Source: Eubacteriales bacterium (GTDB lineage: Bacteria; Bacillota; Clostridia; Oscillospirales; RGIG577). Taken from it: a stretch of DNA of 64,000 nucleotides. Where the stretch lies: the NCBI GenBank assembly GCA_050943735.1, contig JBMNPT010000004.1:66108-130107 (forward strand). The letters run 5' to 3'. Below are positions 49,760 to 59,284 of the stretch, in pieces (position 1 is the stretch's first letter; every line of letters begins with the position of its first letter). The notes under the pieces are model-generated. The model did no database searches, was not told the DNA's origin, and worked only from the letters and a program-made list of their open reading frames with translations. The translations under genes were made by a program, and so were the position numbers.

Positions 49760-51304
49760 TTATGCCCCCTCCTTGATTGTTTCCTGTTCCTGCGCGCCGA
49801 TGGTAGAATAATATCCAATCTTCTCCTCCGTCGCTTCTTCAATGTCCAATTCCTTGATCAGCCGTCCATCCCGCATCACCAATACTCGATCACTGATGCC
49901 CAGAATTTCAGGAATTTCAGAGGAAACCATTACAACGGCAATTCCATTGCTGGCCAACTCTTTGAGGATTGCATAGATTTCCGACTTGGCGGCAATGTCA
50001 ATGCCTCGAGTGGGCTCATCCACAAACAGCACTTTGGGATTGCACAGAAGCCACTTGGCCAACAACACCTTTTGCTGATTGCCACCACTGAGGCTTCTCA
50101 CTGGATTGTCAATGTTTGACACTTTGATGTTGAGCTTGTCTATCATTCCCAAGCAACGCTGGTCATCTCCTCGCTGGCTAATCAAAACGCTCTTTGCGGC
50201 GGAGAGGAAAGTCAAACAGGTATTTTTCACAATGCTCAAATCCTGCAGCAGACCTTCCTGCTTGCGATCTTCGGAAACAAAGCCCATTTGTGCCTTTATG
50301 GATGCGTGAATGTTGTTGGGAGGAAGCAGTTTGCCTTCCAGATATACTTCACCGCGTCCCCGGCGGTCAATACCAAAAATATTGCGAATCAACTCTGTAC
50401 GCCCAGCGCCTACCAAGCCACTGATGCCCAAAATCTCTCCCGCATGAACCTGAAAACTCACATCCTGTACGAAATTTCGGGTATCGCTCACGCCTTTTAC
50501 ATCCAGCACCACCGGATTGTTCCGCACCTGCTGGCTGGAGTGGGTGCGCTTGCCATACAAATCGTTCACTTCCCGGCCCACCATGGCCTTAATCAGTTCA
50601 TTCTGGGGCAAAGAAGCAGTTTCAGCGCCCAACAGAATCAGCTTGCCATCCCGCAACACCGTAATGCGATCCGAAATTTCATAAATCTCATTGATTCGGT
50701 GAGATACAATGATGAATCCCACCCCTTCCGCCTTCAACTGGCGAACCACTCTGAACAATCCTTCCACTTCGTTGGGAGAAAGCGTAGCAGTTGGCTCGTC
50801 CAGGATGATCACCTTGGCGTGCGTGGATACTGCCTTGAGAATCTCAATGATCTGCATCTGTGCCACAGACAAATTAGAAACTTTTTCATATGGATCAATG
50901 AAGCTATCCATATTGAAAATCTTCAGCAGTTCCGTGGACTTTTCCACCATGGCTTTTTTATCAATCAGTCCACCATGAAAAAAACTGTTGTCAGTCAAAA
51001 ACATGTTTTCGGCTACCGAAAGATGCGGCAGCAGATTGAACTCCTGAAACACCATGGAAATCCCTTTGGCACTGGCCTGGCGGGTGTTGTCAAAATGGAC
51101 TTCTTCACCTTCCAGAAACACCTTTCCCTCTGTGGGAGAGTGAATGCCCACGATCACCTTGGCCAGCGTGGATTTTCCCGCGCCGTTTTCTCCCATGAGA
51201 GCGTGGACCTCACCCTTGCGCAACTCGAAATTCACCTGGTCCAATGCTGTCACACCGCTGAACTTTTTGGTGATCCCTGTTGCTTTTAATAATAATTCAT
51301 CCAT
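49760..51304 (-). CDS. Sugar ABC transporter ATP-binding protein, duplicated ATPase (RbsA/MglA type)
   Basis: Two NBDs. Walker A is GENGAGKST, with LSVAQMQ and LSGGNQQK signatures and ILDEPT/VDEPT Walker B motifs. Confidence 0.9.
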   Translation of the reverse strand: MDELLLKATGITKKFSGVTALDQVNFELRKGEVHALMGENGAGKSTLAKVIVGIHSPTEGKVFLEGEEVHFDNTRQASAKGISMVFQEFNLLPHLSVAENMFLTDNSFFHGGLIDKKAMVEKSTELLKIFNMDSFIDPYEKVSNLSVAQMQIIEILKAVSTHAKVIILDEPTATLSPNEVEGLFRVVRQLKAEGVGFIIVSHRINEIYEISDRITVLRDGKLILLGAETASLPQNELIKAMVGREVNDLYGKRTHSSQQVRNNPVVLDVKGVSDTRNFVQDVSFQVHAGEILGISGLVGAGRTELIRNIFGIDRRGRGEVYLEGKLLPPNNIHASIKAQMGFVSEDRKQEGLLQDLSIVKNTCLTFLSAAKSVLISQRGDDQRCLGMIDKLNIKVSNIDNPVRSLSGGNQQKVLLAKWLLCNPKVLFVDEPTRGIDIAAKSEIYAILKELASNGIAVVMVSSEIPEILGISDRVLVMRDGRLIKELDIEEATEEKIGYYSTIGAQEQETIKEGA

Positions 51305-51488
51305 CCTTATTCACCTTCTTGTGCAATATGACGATCCCTTTTAATTGTTTTTATTATAGCACTGGTTTCCCTTACTGGAAACCGTCAACCTGTCCCAATG
51401 TGCGTGACAATTTTATCTACATCTTACAAATTAGTTGCAGCATTGACACAATTTCGAACAACGGTATTGTAATACTGTTACAAAAACT

Positions 51489-52406
51489 CTATAGAAAAAA
51501 GGATAACAGCGGCACTGTAAAAAGAGACAGCACTGTTGTCATGAATACGCATTTTGAACCAAAAATATGATCTGCTCCATATTTTTCCGCCAATAGTGCA
51601 GATGTAGTCCCCACCGGCATACCCGTAAGTAACACCGCCACACCCGTTAAGGTTTGTCCTGCATGTAAGGCTTTCATCACCAGCAGAACAGCCACCGGGA
51701 GTGCGATCAGCCGTACAAAACACAGCCTCAGTACTCCCTTATCCACCACTGTTCGAATGTCAATATCCGCCAAAATAGAGCCAATCACCACCATGGAAAT
51801 AGATGTGGTGGTAGAACCCAAGCTGGTAACAGCGGTTTCCAACACTGGATGAATGGGAATTTGAAACAGCATGCGAATCAAGCCCAGTTCCACCGCGATG
51901 ATTCCAGGATTTAGCAATACATTTTTCACCCGGGTTTTCCAATCAGCTCGGGTAAACAGGGAAATTCCCGAGGACCACATGAAAATACGCGTGGGGATGA
52001 TATAAATAGACGCATAAAACAATCCCATCTGTCCATAGGCACTCTCGGTGATGGGCAGCCCGGCAAATCCACAATTGCTGATCAATGTGCCGTAGCGTAG
52101 TACGCTTTGCCGTTCAAAGGGGAAATCTCGATACAAGATCTTTCCCAGCACCATGGATACCAAACATACCCCAAACGCCACTGCCAAAGCCACTGCAGCT
52201 TCTTTCCAACGCTCAGGAGTCAACTCTTGGTTGAAAGAATGAAAAACCATACATGGCAGCGCAATTTCCAACAAAAATGTAATAAACCCCTGCCGTTCCC
52301 GATCACCCAAAAGTTTGCGTTTCCGAGCATATATACCTACCAGTATGTATACGAGCAATACAGACTGAATTTCAGCCATTTTAATAAATTGTTCCACAAA
52401 ACCCAA
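51489..52406 (-). CDS. AEC-family (auxin efflux carrier-like) transporter
   Basis: About 300 aa, polytopic, with the typical AEC two-halves pattern. The start is ambiguous (TTG 52406, GTG 52397 or ATG 52379). Confidence 0.75.
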   Translation of the reverse strand: MGFVEQFIKMAEIQSVLLVYILVGIYARKRKLLGDRERQGFITFLLEIALPCMVFHSFNQELTPERWKEAAVALAVAFGVCLVSMVLGKILYRDFPFERQSVLRYGTLISNCGFAGLPITESAYGQMGLFYASIYIIPTRIFMWSSGISLFTRADWKTRVKNVLLNPGIIAVELGLIRMLFQIPIHPVLETAVTSLGSTTTSISMVVIGSILADIDIRTVVDKGVLRLCFVRLIALPVAVLLVMKALHAGQTLTGVAVLLTGMPVGTTSALLAEKYGADHIFGSKCVFMTTVLSLFTVPLLSFFL

Positions 52407-52529
52407 CTCCCTTTATCAATATTGTGGCATAATCTTTAATCTTTGTCAATTATATTTGTTTATTCTAACAGAATTGATTGCCATCAAACTGACTAAACGC
52501 CTAAATATAACCTCCTTTTCTCAGTGGCA

Positions 52530-52558
52530 TTGACAAAACATGGGATTTGCGGTATATT
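52530..52558 (+). promoter_or_regulatory. Putative SigA promoter of the SDR/isomerase operon
   Basis: TTGACA (52530-52535), 17 nt, TATATT (52553-52558), about 45 nt upstream of the ATG at 52604. Confidence 0.55.
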
Positions 52559-52603
52559 TGATATAACGTTAAATCAAAATTTTTAAGAAAGAGGGTAACG
52601 ATT

Positions 52604-53365
52604 ATGTCTGGTATTTTAACACTGGCTGGCAGAACCGCTGTGGTTACTGGTTCCGCACAGGGCATTGGCTTTGCCATCGCCAAAATGATGTGCGAAAACG
52701 GCATGAAAGTAGCCATTGTGGACCTGAACGGCGAAAAGGCAGAAGCATCTGCACAGGGTCTGCGGGACGCTGGTGGACAGGCCATGAGCGTAGCATGCAA
52801 TGTATCGGATGAAAAAGAACTGGAAGCCATGATGGCCAAGGTTGCAGAGCACTTTGGCGGCATCGATGTGCTGGTAAACGCGGCCGGTATTCTGGGCAAA
52901 CATAAAAATATCGCGGAGATGGAACGGTCCGAGTGGGACGCTGTGCTGGGTGTCAACCTGTCCGGTGCCTTCTTCGGCATCCAAAAGGCCCTGCCCTACC
53001 TGGAGAAGAGCAAGGCTGGCCGTATCATCAACATTTCTTCTCTGGCCGGCCGGATGGGCGGCTTTGAAACCGCTCAGTGCTATACCGCTTCCAAGGGCGG
53101 CATCAACGCCATCACCTATGGCATTGCCCGTCAGCTGGCCCCCAAGGGTATTACCGTTAACTCGGTGTGCCCCGGTACCACTGCTACCGACATCATCAAG
53201 GCCTGGACTCCTGAAGCCATTGCGGGACTGGAAGCCAAGATCCCCATGGGCCGTCTGGGACAGCCGGAAGACATCGCCGCTGCTGTTTGCTATCTGGCCA
53301 GTGAGGAAGCCGGCTTTGTCACCGGTGTGCTGCTGGATGTAAATGGTGGTATGTTCATGGGCTGA
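52604..53365 (+). CDS. SDR-family oxidoreductase (FabG / gluconate 5-dehydrogenase-like)
   Basis: TGSAQGIGFAIA, NAAG, YTASKGG, PGTTATD. Confidence 0.85.
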   Translation: MSGILTLAGRTAVVTGSAQGIGFAIAKMMCENGMKVAIVDLNGEKAEASAQGLRDAGGQAMSVACNVSDEKELEAMMAKVAEHFGGIDVLVNAAGILGKHKNIAEMERSEWDAVLGVNLSGAFFGIQKALPYLEKSKAGRIINISSLAGRMGGFETAQCYTASKGGINAITYGIARQLAPKGITVNSVCPGTTATDIIKAWTPEAIAGLEAKIPMGRLGQPEDIAAAVCYLASEEAGFVTGVLLDVNGGMFMG

Positions 53366-53384
53366 GCCCGGAAAGGAGTCAATC

Positions 53385-54248
53385 ATGGCAAATATGTTTC
53401 ATTACGGCGTAGCCTGCTCTCTCAATGACGCCAGTGTAGAAGCCCCCATCACTCTGCGCGGACCCATCGAACAGCTGTGTACCGAAGCCAAGGAAATTGG
53501 CTATGAAGGTCTGGAAATTCAGCTCCATGATCCCCAGGATTGGGACTGGAAAGCACTGCGCAAAACGACCGAAAGTTATGGTCTGCAGCTGGTGGCCTTC
53601 GCTACCGGTCGTGAGATGATGTATGGCCACAATCTGATCAGTGATGATCCCAAGGTGCGTCGTGGCGCCATCGATAAGCTGAAGCTGCACATCGACGCCG
53701 CACAGGATGCAGGCACTATGGTGATCGTGGGCTCTCTGCGTACCAAAATCACCGACTGGAGCAAAGCTGACCTGTACATGGGCTATCACAAGGAAGCGGT
53801 GTGCGAGCTGGCCGACTACGCCAAGAGCAAAGGTGTGGACATCGTCATCGAAAACATCCTCAGTTACATCAGCAACTACCTCAACACCATGAAGCAGGTA
53901 GCTGATTTTGTGCGGGAAGTTCGTGCGGAAGGTCACGACAATGTGGGCATCCATCTGGATACCTACAGCATGAATATGGAAGACAACGACATCGCCCGGG
54001 CTGTGGCGTACTGCGGCAAGGAACTGGAATACGTCCACTTCTCTGATACCGCCCGTCTGTATCCCGGTGGCGGCAATGTGGATTTCAAGGCCCACATGAA
54101 TGCTCTGCTGGATCTGGGCTACAAGGGCTGGGTGGTCACTGAATGTGTACCTCTGCCCACTGCCTATGATTGTGCCAAAAACGGCTTTGATTACATGAAG
54201 GCCATGGAAACCATCGTTCGCATTGAACGAGGCTCCTGCCGTTTCTGA
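53385..54248 (+). CDS. Sugar phosphate isomerase/epimerase (xylose isomerase-like TIM barrel)
   Basis: About 287 aa. Typical pattern GYEGLEIQ..., ...ENI..., HLDTYSMNMED, H.SD. AAGGAG RBS lies before the ATG at 53385. Confidence 0.8.
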   Translation: MANMFHYGVACSLNDASVEAPITLRGPIEQLCTEAKEIGYEGLEIQLHDPQDWDWKALRKTTESYGLQLVAFATGREMMYGHNLISDDPKVRRGAIDKLKLHIDAAQDAGTMVIVGSLRTKITDWSKADLYMGYHKEAVCELADYAKSKGVDIVIENILSYISNYLNTMKQVADFVREVRAEGHDNVGIHLDTYSMNMEDNDIARAVAYCGKELEYVHFSDTARLYPGGGNVDFKAHMNALLDLGYKGWVVTECVPLPTAYDCAKNGFDYMKAMETIVRIERGSCRF

Positions 54249-54261
54249 TTTTCCGTCAATC

Positions 54262-54296
54262 AAAAAGCCCTTCTTATTACAAGAAGGGCTTTTTCT
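54262..54296 (+). terminator. Rho-independent terminator after the isomerase gene
   Basis: Stem aagcccttctt (54265-54275) / aagaagggctt (54281-54291) followed by a T-run. Confidence 0.75.
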
Positions 54297-54312
54297 TATA
54301 TTGCTGCCATAT

Positions 54313-54346
54313 AAAAAAAGCCGCTGTCATACGACAGCGGCTTTTG
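54313..54346 (-). terminator. Rho-independent terminator after lplA
   Basis: Stem aagccgctgtc (54318-54328) / gacagcggctt (54333-54343). The A7 run at 54313-54319 gives a U-tract on the minus strand. Confidence 0.75.
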
Positions 54347-54351
54347 ATTTG

Positions 54352-55344
54352 TCAGAAATTCTTTTCCATCAAAAATGTACACAGAGCATCGGTAAGAGAT
54401 TGTTTCTCCTCGCCGAAATACGCCTTCAGTGCCTGGCACAATGCTTCACTGTGAAAATCAGCACCCAGCAAGGCCTTCTCCACGCCTTCCACAAACTCCG
54501 TATCCAGCGCGTCAGAATACACTTTGCACTGCTGCACCTTTCCCTTCACCACATCCGCATGAATGTGAATCTGGTACAAGGTAGCCCTTCCCTGCAATTC
54601 CACATTGAAGGCTGGTGTAGCGCCGAACAGGAACTCAGGACTGCTGTACTCCTGGTACAACTGCTCCAATTCCTCCTGATTCAGCTCTTCCACACTGCCT
54701 GCCGTACAAGGCACATTGTACACTTTCTGGAAAGAATCCACCAGGCGGGGTTTAATCCCCTCCACTGTGATGTCCGGATTGAGCTCATGCAGATTGATCA
54801 CCCGACTGCGTACCGACTTGACTCCTTTGGACTGCAATTTTTCCAGGGATACCTGCAGGTAATCCGCCATGCAGCTCATATCAGTCTGAATCAGCAGTGT
54901 ACCGTGATGGCACGCCACCTCTTCCTTGAAGGTAAACGCATTGCCGCTGAACTTTCTGCCATCCACCACCATGTCATTGCGTCCGGTGATCTCCCCCTGC
55001 AGGCCATAGCTTTGCAGAGTATCCAGTATCACCGAGGCCTGACGCTGGTAATCATAGTCCTCCCGGGGCACCACAAAGGTGAAACACAGATTTTGTTTAT
55101 CGTGGTATACGGCTCCTCCGCCTGTTTTCCGACGTGCCAGAAAAACACCATCCTGTTCCATTTTGCCGGTACGGCACTCCTGAAACGGATTTTGATTTTT
55201 ACCGATCACGATGGTCCGGTCATTTTGCCAGAGATAGAACACCGCTGTTTCCGGTTCCAGATGCCGCAGGAAATACTCCTCCAGCGCCAGATTCCGATGC
55301 GGGTCAAAACTCTTGCTGATGTAAATACGGGCACGTCGAATCAT
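54352..55344 (-). CDS. lplA: Lipoate-protein ligase A
   Basis: 330 aa. NLALEEYFL, LWQNDRTIVIGKNQN, RR.TGGGAVYHD and GRK.SG.A are the hallmark LplA blocks. Confidence 0.9.
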   Translation of the reverse strand: MIRRARIYISKSFDPHRNLALEEYFLRHLEPETAVFYLWQNDRTIVIGKNQNPFQECRTGKMEQDGVFLARRKTGGGAVYHDKQNLCFTFVVPREDYDYQRQASVILDTLQSYGLQGEITGRNDMVVDGRKFSGNAFTFKEEVACHHGTLLIQTDMSCMADYLQVSLEKLQSKGVKSVRSRVINLHELNPDITVEGIKPRLVDSFQKVYNVPCTAGSVEELNQEELEQLYQEYSSPEFLFGATPAFNVELQGRATLYQIHIHADVVKGKVQQCKVYSDALDTEFVEGVEKALLGADFHSEALCQALKAYFGEEKQSLTDALCTFLMEKNF

Positions 55345-55381
55345 ACAGGGGAAACCGCCTTTCTCTCTTCAGGCGACTGAA

Positions 55382-57856
55382 TTAAACGCCTTCTCTTTCC
55401 TTACGCAGCTGCTCGGTGCGGGTGAAGTTGTTGGTAGCCACATGGCCGGGCAGAGGCATAATCTTCTCGTGAATGGCATCGATGATCCAGCTTGCCTGCG
55501 GGAAGTACATCTTCTCCAGTTCGGGGCAGGGGCTGATCCAGTTCTTGGCGCCCACCACAGCGGGAGGTGCATCCAGGTAATCGAAGGCCAGGTCGGTGAT
55601 GTTGCGGGCGATGTCGCTCAGATGGCTGCCTCTCTCGCAAGCGTCGGAAGCCAGCACAATCTTGCCGGTCTTCTCCACAGACTTCAGCACCAGATCGTAA
55701 TCGAAGGGAACCAGAGTACGGCCGTCGATCACTTCTGCCTCAATGCCATACTTCTCCTTCAGTTCGTCAGCAGCCTTAATGGCTTCGTACAGAGTAGCAC
55801 CAAAGGTCAGAATGGTAACGTCCTTACCCTCTCTCTTGATGTCGGGCTTGCCGATTTCCACTTCGTAGTACTCTTCAGGCACACCGTTGGGAGCGAACTT
55901 CTCGCCGATGTCGTACAGCTTCTGGCTCTCGAAGAACACCACAGGGTCGGTACCAGCCAGGGCGGCGTTCATCAGGCCCTTGGCATCGTAAGGAGTTGCG
56001 GGGAATACAACCTTCAGGCCCGGGATGTGAGCGGTCAGAGCGGTCCAGTCCTGAGAGTGCTGTGCACCGTACTTGGCGCCCACAGACACACGCAGAATCA
56101 GAGGCATCTTCAGCTGGCCGGCACTCATGGACTGCCACTTAGCCATCTGGTTGAACACTTCGTCGCCGGAACGGCCGATAAAGTCACAGTACATCAGCTC
56201 AGCCACCACACGGCCGCCGGCCATGCAGTAACCAACAGCGCTGGCTACGATAGCAGACTCGGAAATGGGAGAGTTGAAGTATCTGTGGTAAGGCAGGGAC
56301 ATGGTCATGCCCTGGTATACGCCGTAAGCGCCGCCCCAGTCACGCACGTCTTCACCATAGGTGATGAGGGTGGGATCCACATAGAACTTGTTGAACACTG
56401 CTTCAAAGATGGCGTCTCTGTAGGAGAAGGCCTTCAGCTTGGAAACTTCCTTGCCGTCGATGATGCCTCTTCTCTCCTTCTTAGCCAGCTTCTGCACTCT
56501 CTCGTTTTCTTCGTAGGGAGTGGTCACGTCGCAGGGACGATCTTCCATCTTTTCAATGTGCTGGTTGGAGAACATGTACTTGGAAATGCCCTCGGGATCC
56601 TTCACCAGGTCGATACGGGGAGACAGCTCATCGTTGATGGCAACCTTCAGCACGTTGGTGATGGTATCCTTGATATCAGCATCGATCTTGTCCAGATCAG
56701 CATCGGTAGCAACGCCTGCCTTCTTCAGCTCTTCACGGAACAGCTGGATGCAGTCATATTCATGCCACTCGTCGATCTCCTCCTTGGTCCGATAAGAGTT
56801 CTGGTCGGAAGTGGAGTGACCGCAGAAACGATAGGTCAGCACATCCAGCAGGCAGGGACCCTTGCCTTCTCTCAGCAGGGGCAGCTTGCGGCTGTAGGCT
56901 TCGATCACAGCCAGAGGATTCAGGCCGTCCACTCTTTCGGAGTGCATCTGATCGGGGTTGATGCCGGCGCCCACTCTGGCCAGAATTCCATAAGCCATGG
57001 TTTCGCCGTTGGTCTGACCGCCCATGCCGTAACCGTTGTTCATGAAGTTGAACATTACAGGCAGGCCGCCCTTGTAGTCGTCTTCCCACAGCTGGGTCAG
57101 CTGGTCCATAGCGGCAAAGTTGAAGCCTTCCCATACAGGACCGCAGCCCAGAGAGCCGTCGCCGGCGTTGGCGATGCAGATACCAGCCTTCTTGTTCACC
57201 TTCTTGAACAGAGCGGCACCTGCAGCCACACAGGCACTGCCGCCTACGATGGCGTTGTTGGGGTAAATACCGAAGGGAATGAAGAACAGGTGCATGGAGT
57301 TGCCCAGGCCCTTGGCAAAGCCGTTGTCACGGCCGAACAGCTCGCACATCAGACCGTACATGAAGAAACGGGTAGCCATTTCCTTCACATCGTTGGTGCC
57401 GTAGTTCTCCTTAATTACCTTGAAGGGTTCGCCATGGAAGAACTCTTCCATAATGGTCATCAGTTCTTCATCGCTCATCTTGCGGATGCAGCTGAGGCCC
57501 TTGGCGATAACTTCACCATGGCTTCTGTGGTTGCCGAAGATGAAGTCGTTCTTGTCCAGCAGATAGCTCTGGCCAACGGCGCTGGCTTCCTGACCCAGAT
57601 ACAGGTGAGCAGGTCCAACATATACATAGTCGATGCCGTTGTAGTGCTTGGTCAGACGCACATTCATCAGCATGGTTTCAAACTCACGGATGTACTCCAT
57701 GTCGTGATAGATGTTGATGAGGTCTTCCTTGGTGTAAGTACCGGCCTTCAGTTCGTCAGCAGCGGTCTTGTCGTACTGATTCAGGGGGATGTCCTTGAAG
57801 GACAGAGTTCCCTTCTTTCTCAGTTCTGTGGGATGATAATATTGGCTCTTTGGCAT
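55382..57856 (-). CDS. 2-oxoacid dehydrogenase E1 component, fused alpha+beta subunits (TPP-dependent; pyruvate/acetoin type)
   Basis: 824 aa. The N-terminal half is an E1-alpha TPP-binding fold (GDGS...N, NNGYGMGG). The C-terminal half is an E1-beta transketolase-like pyrimidine-binding and C-terminal domain (SESAIVASAVGYCMAGGR, FPATPYDAKGL). Confidence 0.85.
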   Translation of the reverse strand: MPKSQYYHPTELRKKGTLSFKDIPLNQYDKTAADELKAGTYTKEDLINIYHDMEYIREFETMLMNVRLTKHYNGIDYVYVGPAHLYLGQEASAVGQSYLLDKNDFIFGNHRSHGEVIAKGLSCIRKMSDEELMTIMEEFFHGEPFKVIKENYGTNDVKEMATRFFMYGLMCELFGRDNGFAKGLGNSMHLFFIPFGIYPNNAIVGGSACVAAGAALFKKVNKKAGICIANAGDGSLGCGPVWEGFNFAAMDQLTQLWEDDYKGGLPVMFNFMNNGYGMGGQTNGETMAYGILARVGAGINPDQMHSERVDGLNPLAVIEAYSRKLPLLREGKGPCLLDVLTYRFCGHSTSDQNSYRTKEEIDEWHEYDCIQLFREELKKAGVATDADLDKIDADIKDTITNVLKVAINDELSPRIDLVKDPEGISKYMFSNQHIEKMEDRPCDVTTPYEENERVQKLAKKERRGIIDGKEVSKLKAFSYRDAIFEAVFNKFYVDPTLITYGEDVRDWGGAYGVYQGMTMSLPYHRYFNSPISESAIVASAVGYCMAGGRVVAELMYCDFIGRSGDEVFNQMAKWQSMSAGQLKMPLILRVSVGAKYGAQHSQDWTALTAHIPGLKVVFPATPYDAKGLMNAALAGTDPVVFFESQKLYDIGEKFAPNGVPEEYYEVEIGKPDIKREGKDVTILTFGATLYEAIKAADELKEKYGIEAEVIDGRTLVPFDYDLVLKSVEKTGKIVLASDACERGSHLSDIARNITDLAFDYLDAPPAVVGAKNWISPCPELEKMYFPQASWIIDAIHEKIMPLPGHVATNNFTRTEQLRKEREGV

Positions 57857-57901
57857 TTGAATCTTCCTCTCCTTAAAATTCTTATGCGTTTATGAACTTA
57901 C

Positions 57902-59266
57902 TCAGTGAAACAAACCTTCCCGAACGATCTCGCATACGGTGGGATGCGGGAAGATGAATTCCTTGCACTGGTCGATGGTCATTTCCGATTCCACCATCAT
58001 CACACAGGACATGATGAATTCCGAAGCGGGGTTACCCAGGATATGAGCGCCGATCAGGGTGTTGTACTTGGTATTGATGATGAACTTGGCGATGCCGTCG
58101 CCGCCTTCATTTTCCGCAATGTAACGGCCGCTGTAAGACATGGGCAGCTTCACTACGCGGTAGGGGATACCTCTTTCCTTAGCGGTATCTTCGGTAATAC
58201 CTACAGAGCCCACTTCAGGATTGGTGTAGATGACGCCGGGTACAGCGTTGTAACGCATGTGGTCCTTCTTGCCCAGGATGTTGTTGATGGCCACTTCCGC
58301 ACCGCGATATGCGCTGTGGGCCAGCATGGACTTACCGGTGCAGTCGCCGATGGCGTACACGCCAGGCACATTGGTCTGCATCTTGCTGTCCACCACAATG
58401 CCGGGACGATCGGTCATCACATGGATGTTCTCCAGGCCAAAGCCCTGGGTCACTGCACGACGGCCAATGGACAGCAGCACCTTGTCGCACTTCTTAACAA
58501 CCACTTTGCCGTCCTTTTCATAGGTCACTCCGCCGTCCTTTACAGCGGTTACCTTTGCACTCAGCTCAAAAGTGATGCCCTTCTTTTCATAGTTCTTCTG
58601 CAGCAGAGCGGAAATTTCCCGGTCATTGGGGCCGGCAATCTTGTCCAGCATCTCCACTACGGTCACCTTGCTGCCCACACTATTATAATAGGAAGCCATT
58701 TCCAGGCCGATCACGCCGCCGCCGATAACAACCAGCTCATTGGGGATTTCCCGCAGATCGAGAATTTCCCGGTTGGTCATGGCGAAGCCGGATTTCAGAG
58801 AATCCTGTGCGCCATCGATGGGGGGTACAAACGCGGTAGAACCGGTGGCAATGATCAGGTTCTTGCCCACGTAGCTCTCGCCGCCTGCCACAATTTCAAA
58901 GCCCTCTGCGGTACGACCCTTGATCATGCCTTCAGCCTTCACCACAGTGACCTTGTTGGCCTTCATGGTCATCTCCACGCCGCTTACCAGGGTCTTAACC
59001 ACCTTGTTCTTGCGGTCGATGACAAAGTTTTGATCGATCTTGGCGTTTTCGCTGGACACGCCATACTTTTTGCTGTAGCCCTTGGCATAGTCATACAGCT
59101 TGGCGCTCTGCAGCAGGGTCTTGGAGGGAATGCATCCCTCGTTGAGGCACACGCCACCCAGCGCGCGCTTCTCGATTACCGCAGCCTTCAGACCAGCCTG
59201 ACCGGCACGTTCCGCAGCCAGATAGCCGCCGGGGCCGCCGCCCAGTACGATTACATCAAATACCAT
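57902..59266 (-). CDS. lpdA: Dihydrolipoyl dehydrogenase (E3)
   Basis: GGGPGGY FAD motif, redox-active CLNEGCIPSK, a second GGGVIGLE motif, and a C-terminal HPT interface motif (FPHPT). Confidence 0.93.
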   Translation of the reverse strand: MVFDVIVLGGGPGGYLAAERAGQAGLKAAVIEKRALGGVCLNEGCIPSKTLLQSAKLYDYAKGYSKKYGVSSENAKIDQNFVIDRKNKVVKTLVSGVEMTMKANKVTVVKAEGMIKGRTAEGFEIVAGGESYVGKNLIIATGSTAFVPPIDGAQDSLKSGFAMTNREILDLREIPNELVVIGGGVIGLEMASYYNSVGSKVTVVEMLDKIAGPNDREISALLQKNYEKKGITFELSAKVTAVKDGGVTYEKDGKVVVKKCDKVLLSIGRRAVTQGFGLENIHVMTDRPGIVVDSKMQTNVPGVYAIGDCTGKSMLAHSAYRGAEVAINNILGKKDHMRYNAVPGVIYTNPEVGSVGITEDTAKERGIPYRVVKLPMSYSGRYIAENEGGDGIAKFIINTKYNTLIGAHILGNPASEFIMSCVMMVESEMTIDQCKEFIFPHPTVCEIVREGLFH

Positions 59267-59284
59267 TTTATGTATGCCTCCTTT

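Noticed and set aside
55442-57895. 817-aa plus-strand ORF
   Set aside because: It is antisense to the fused E1 gene. It has no recognisable motifs and mirrors the real gene boundaries.
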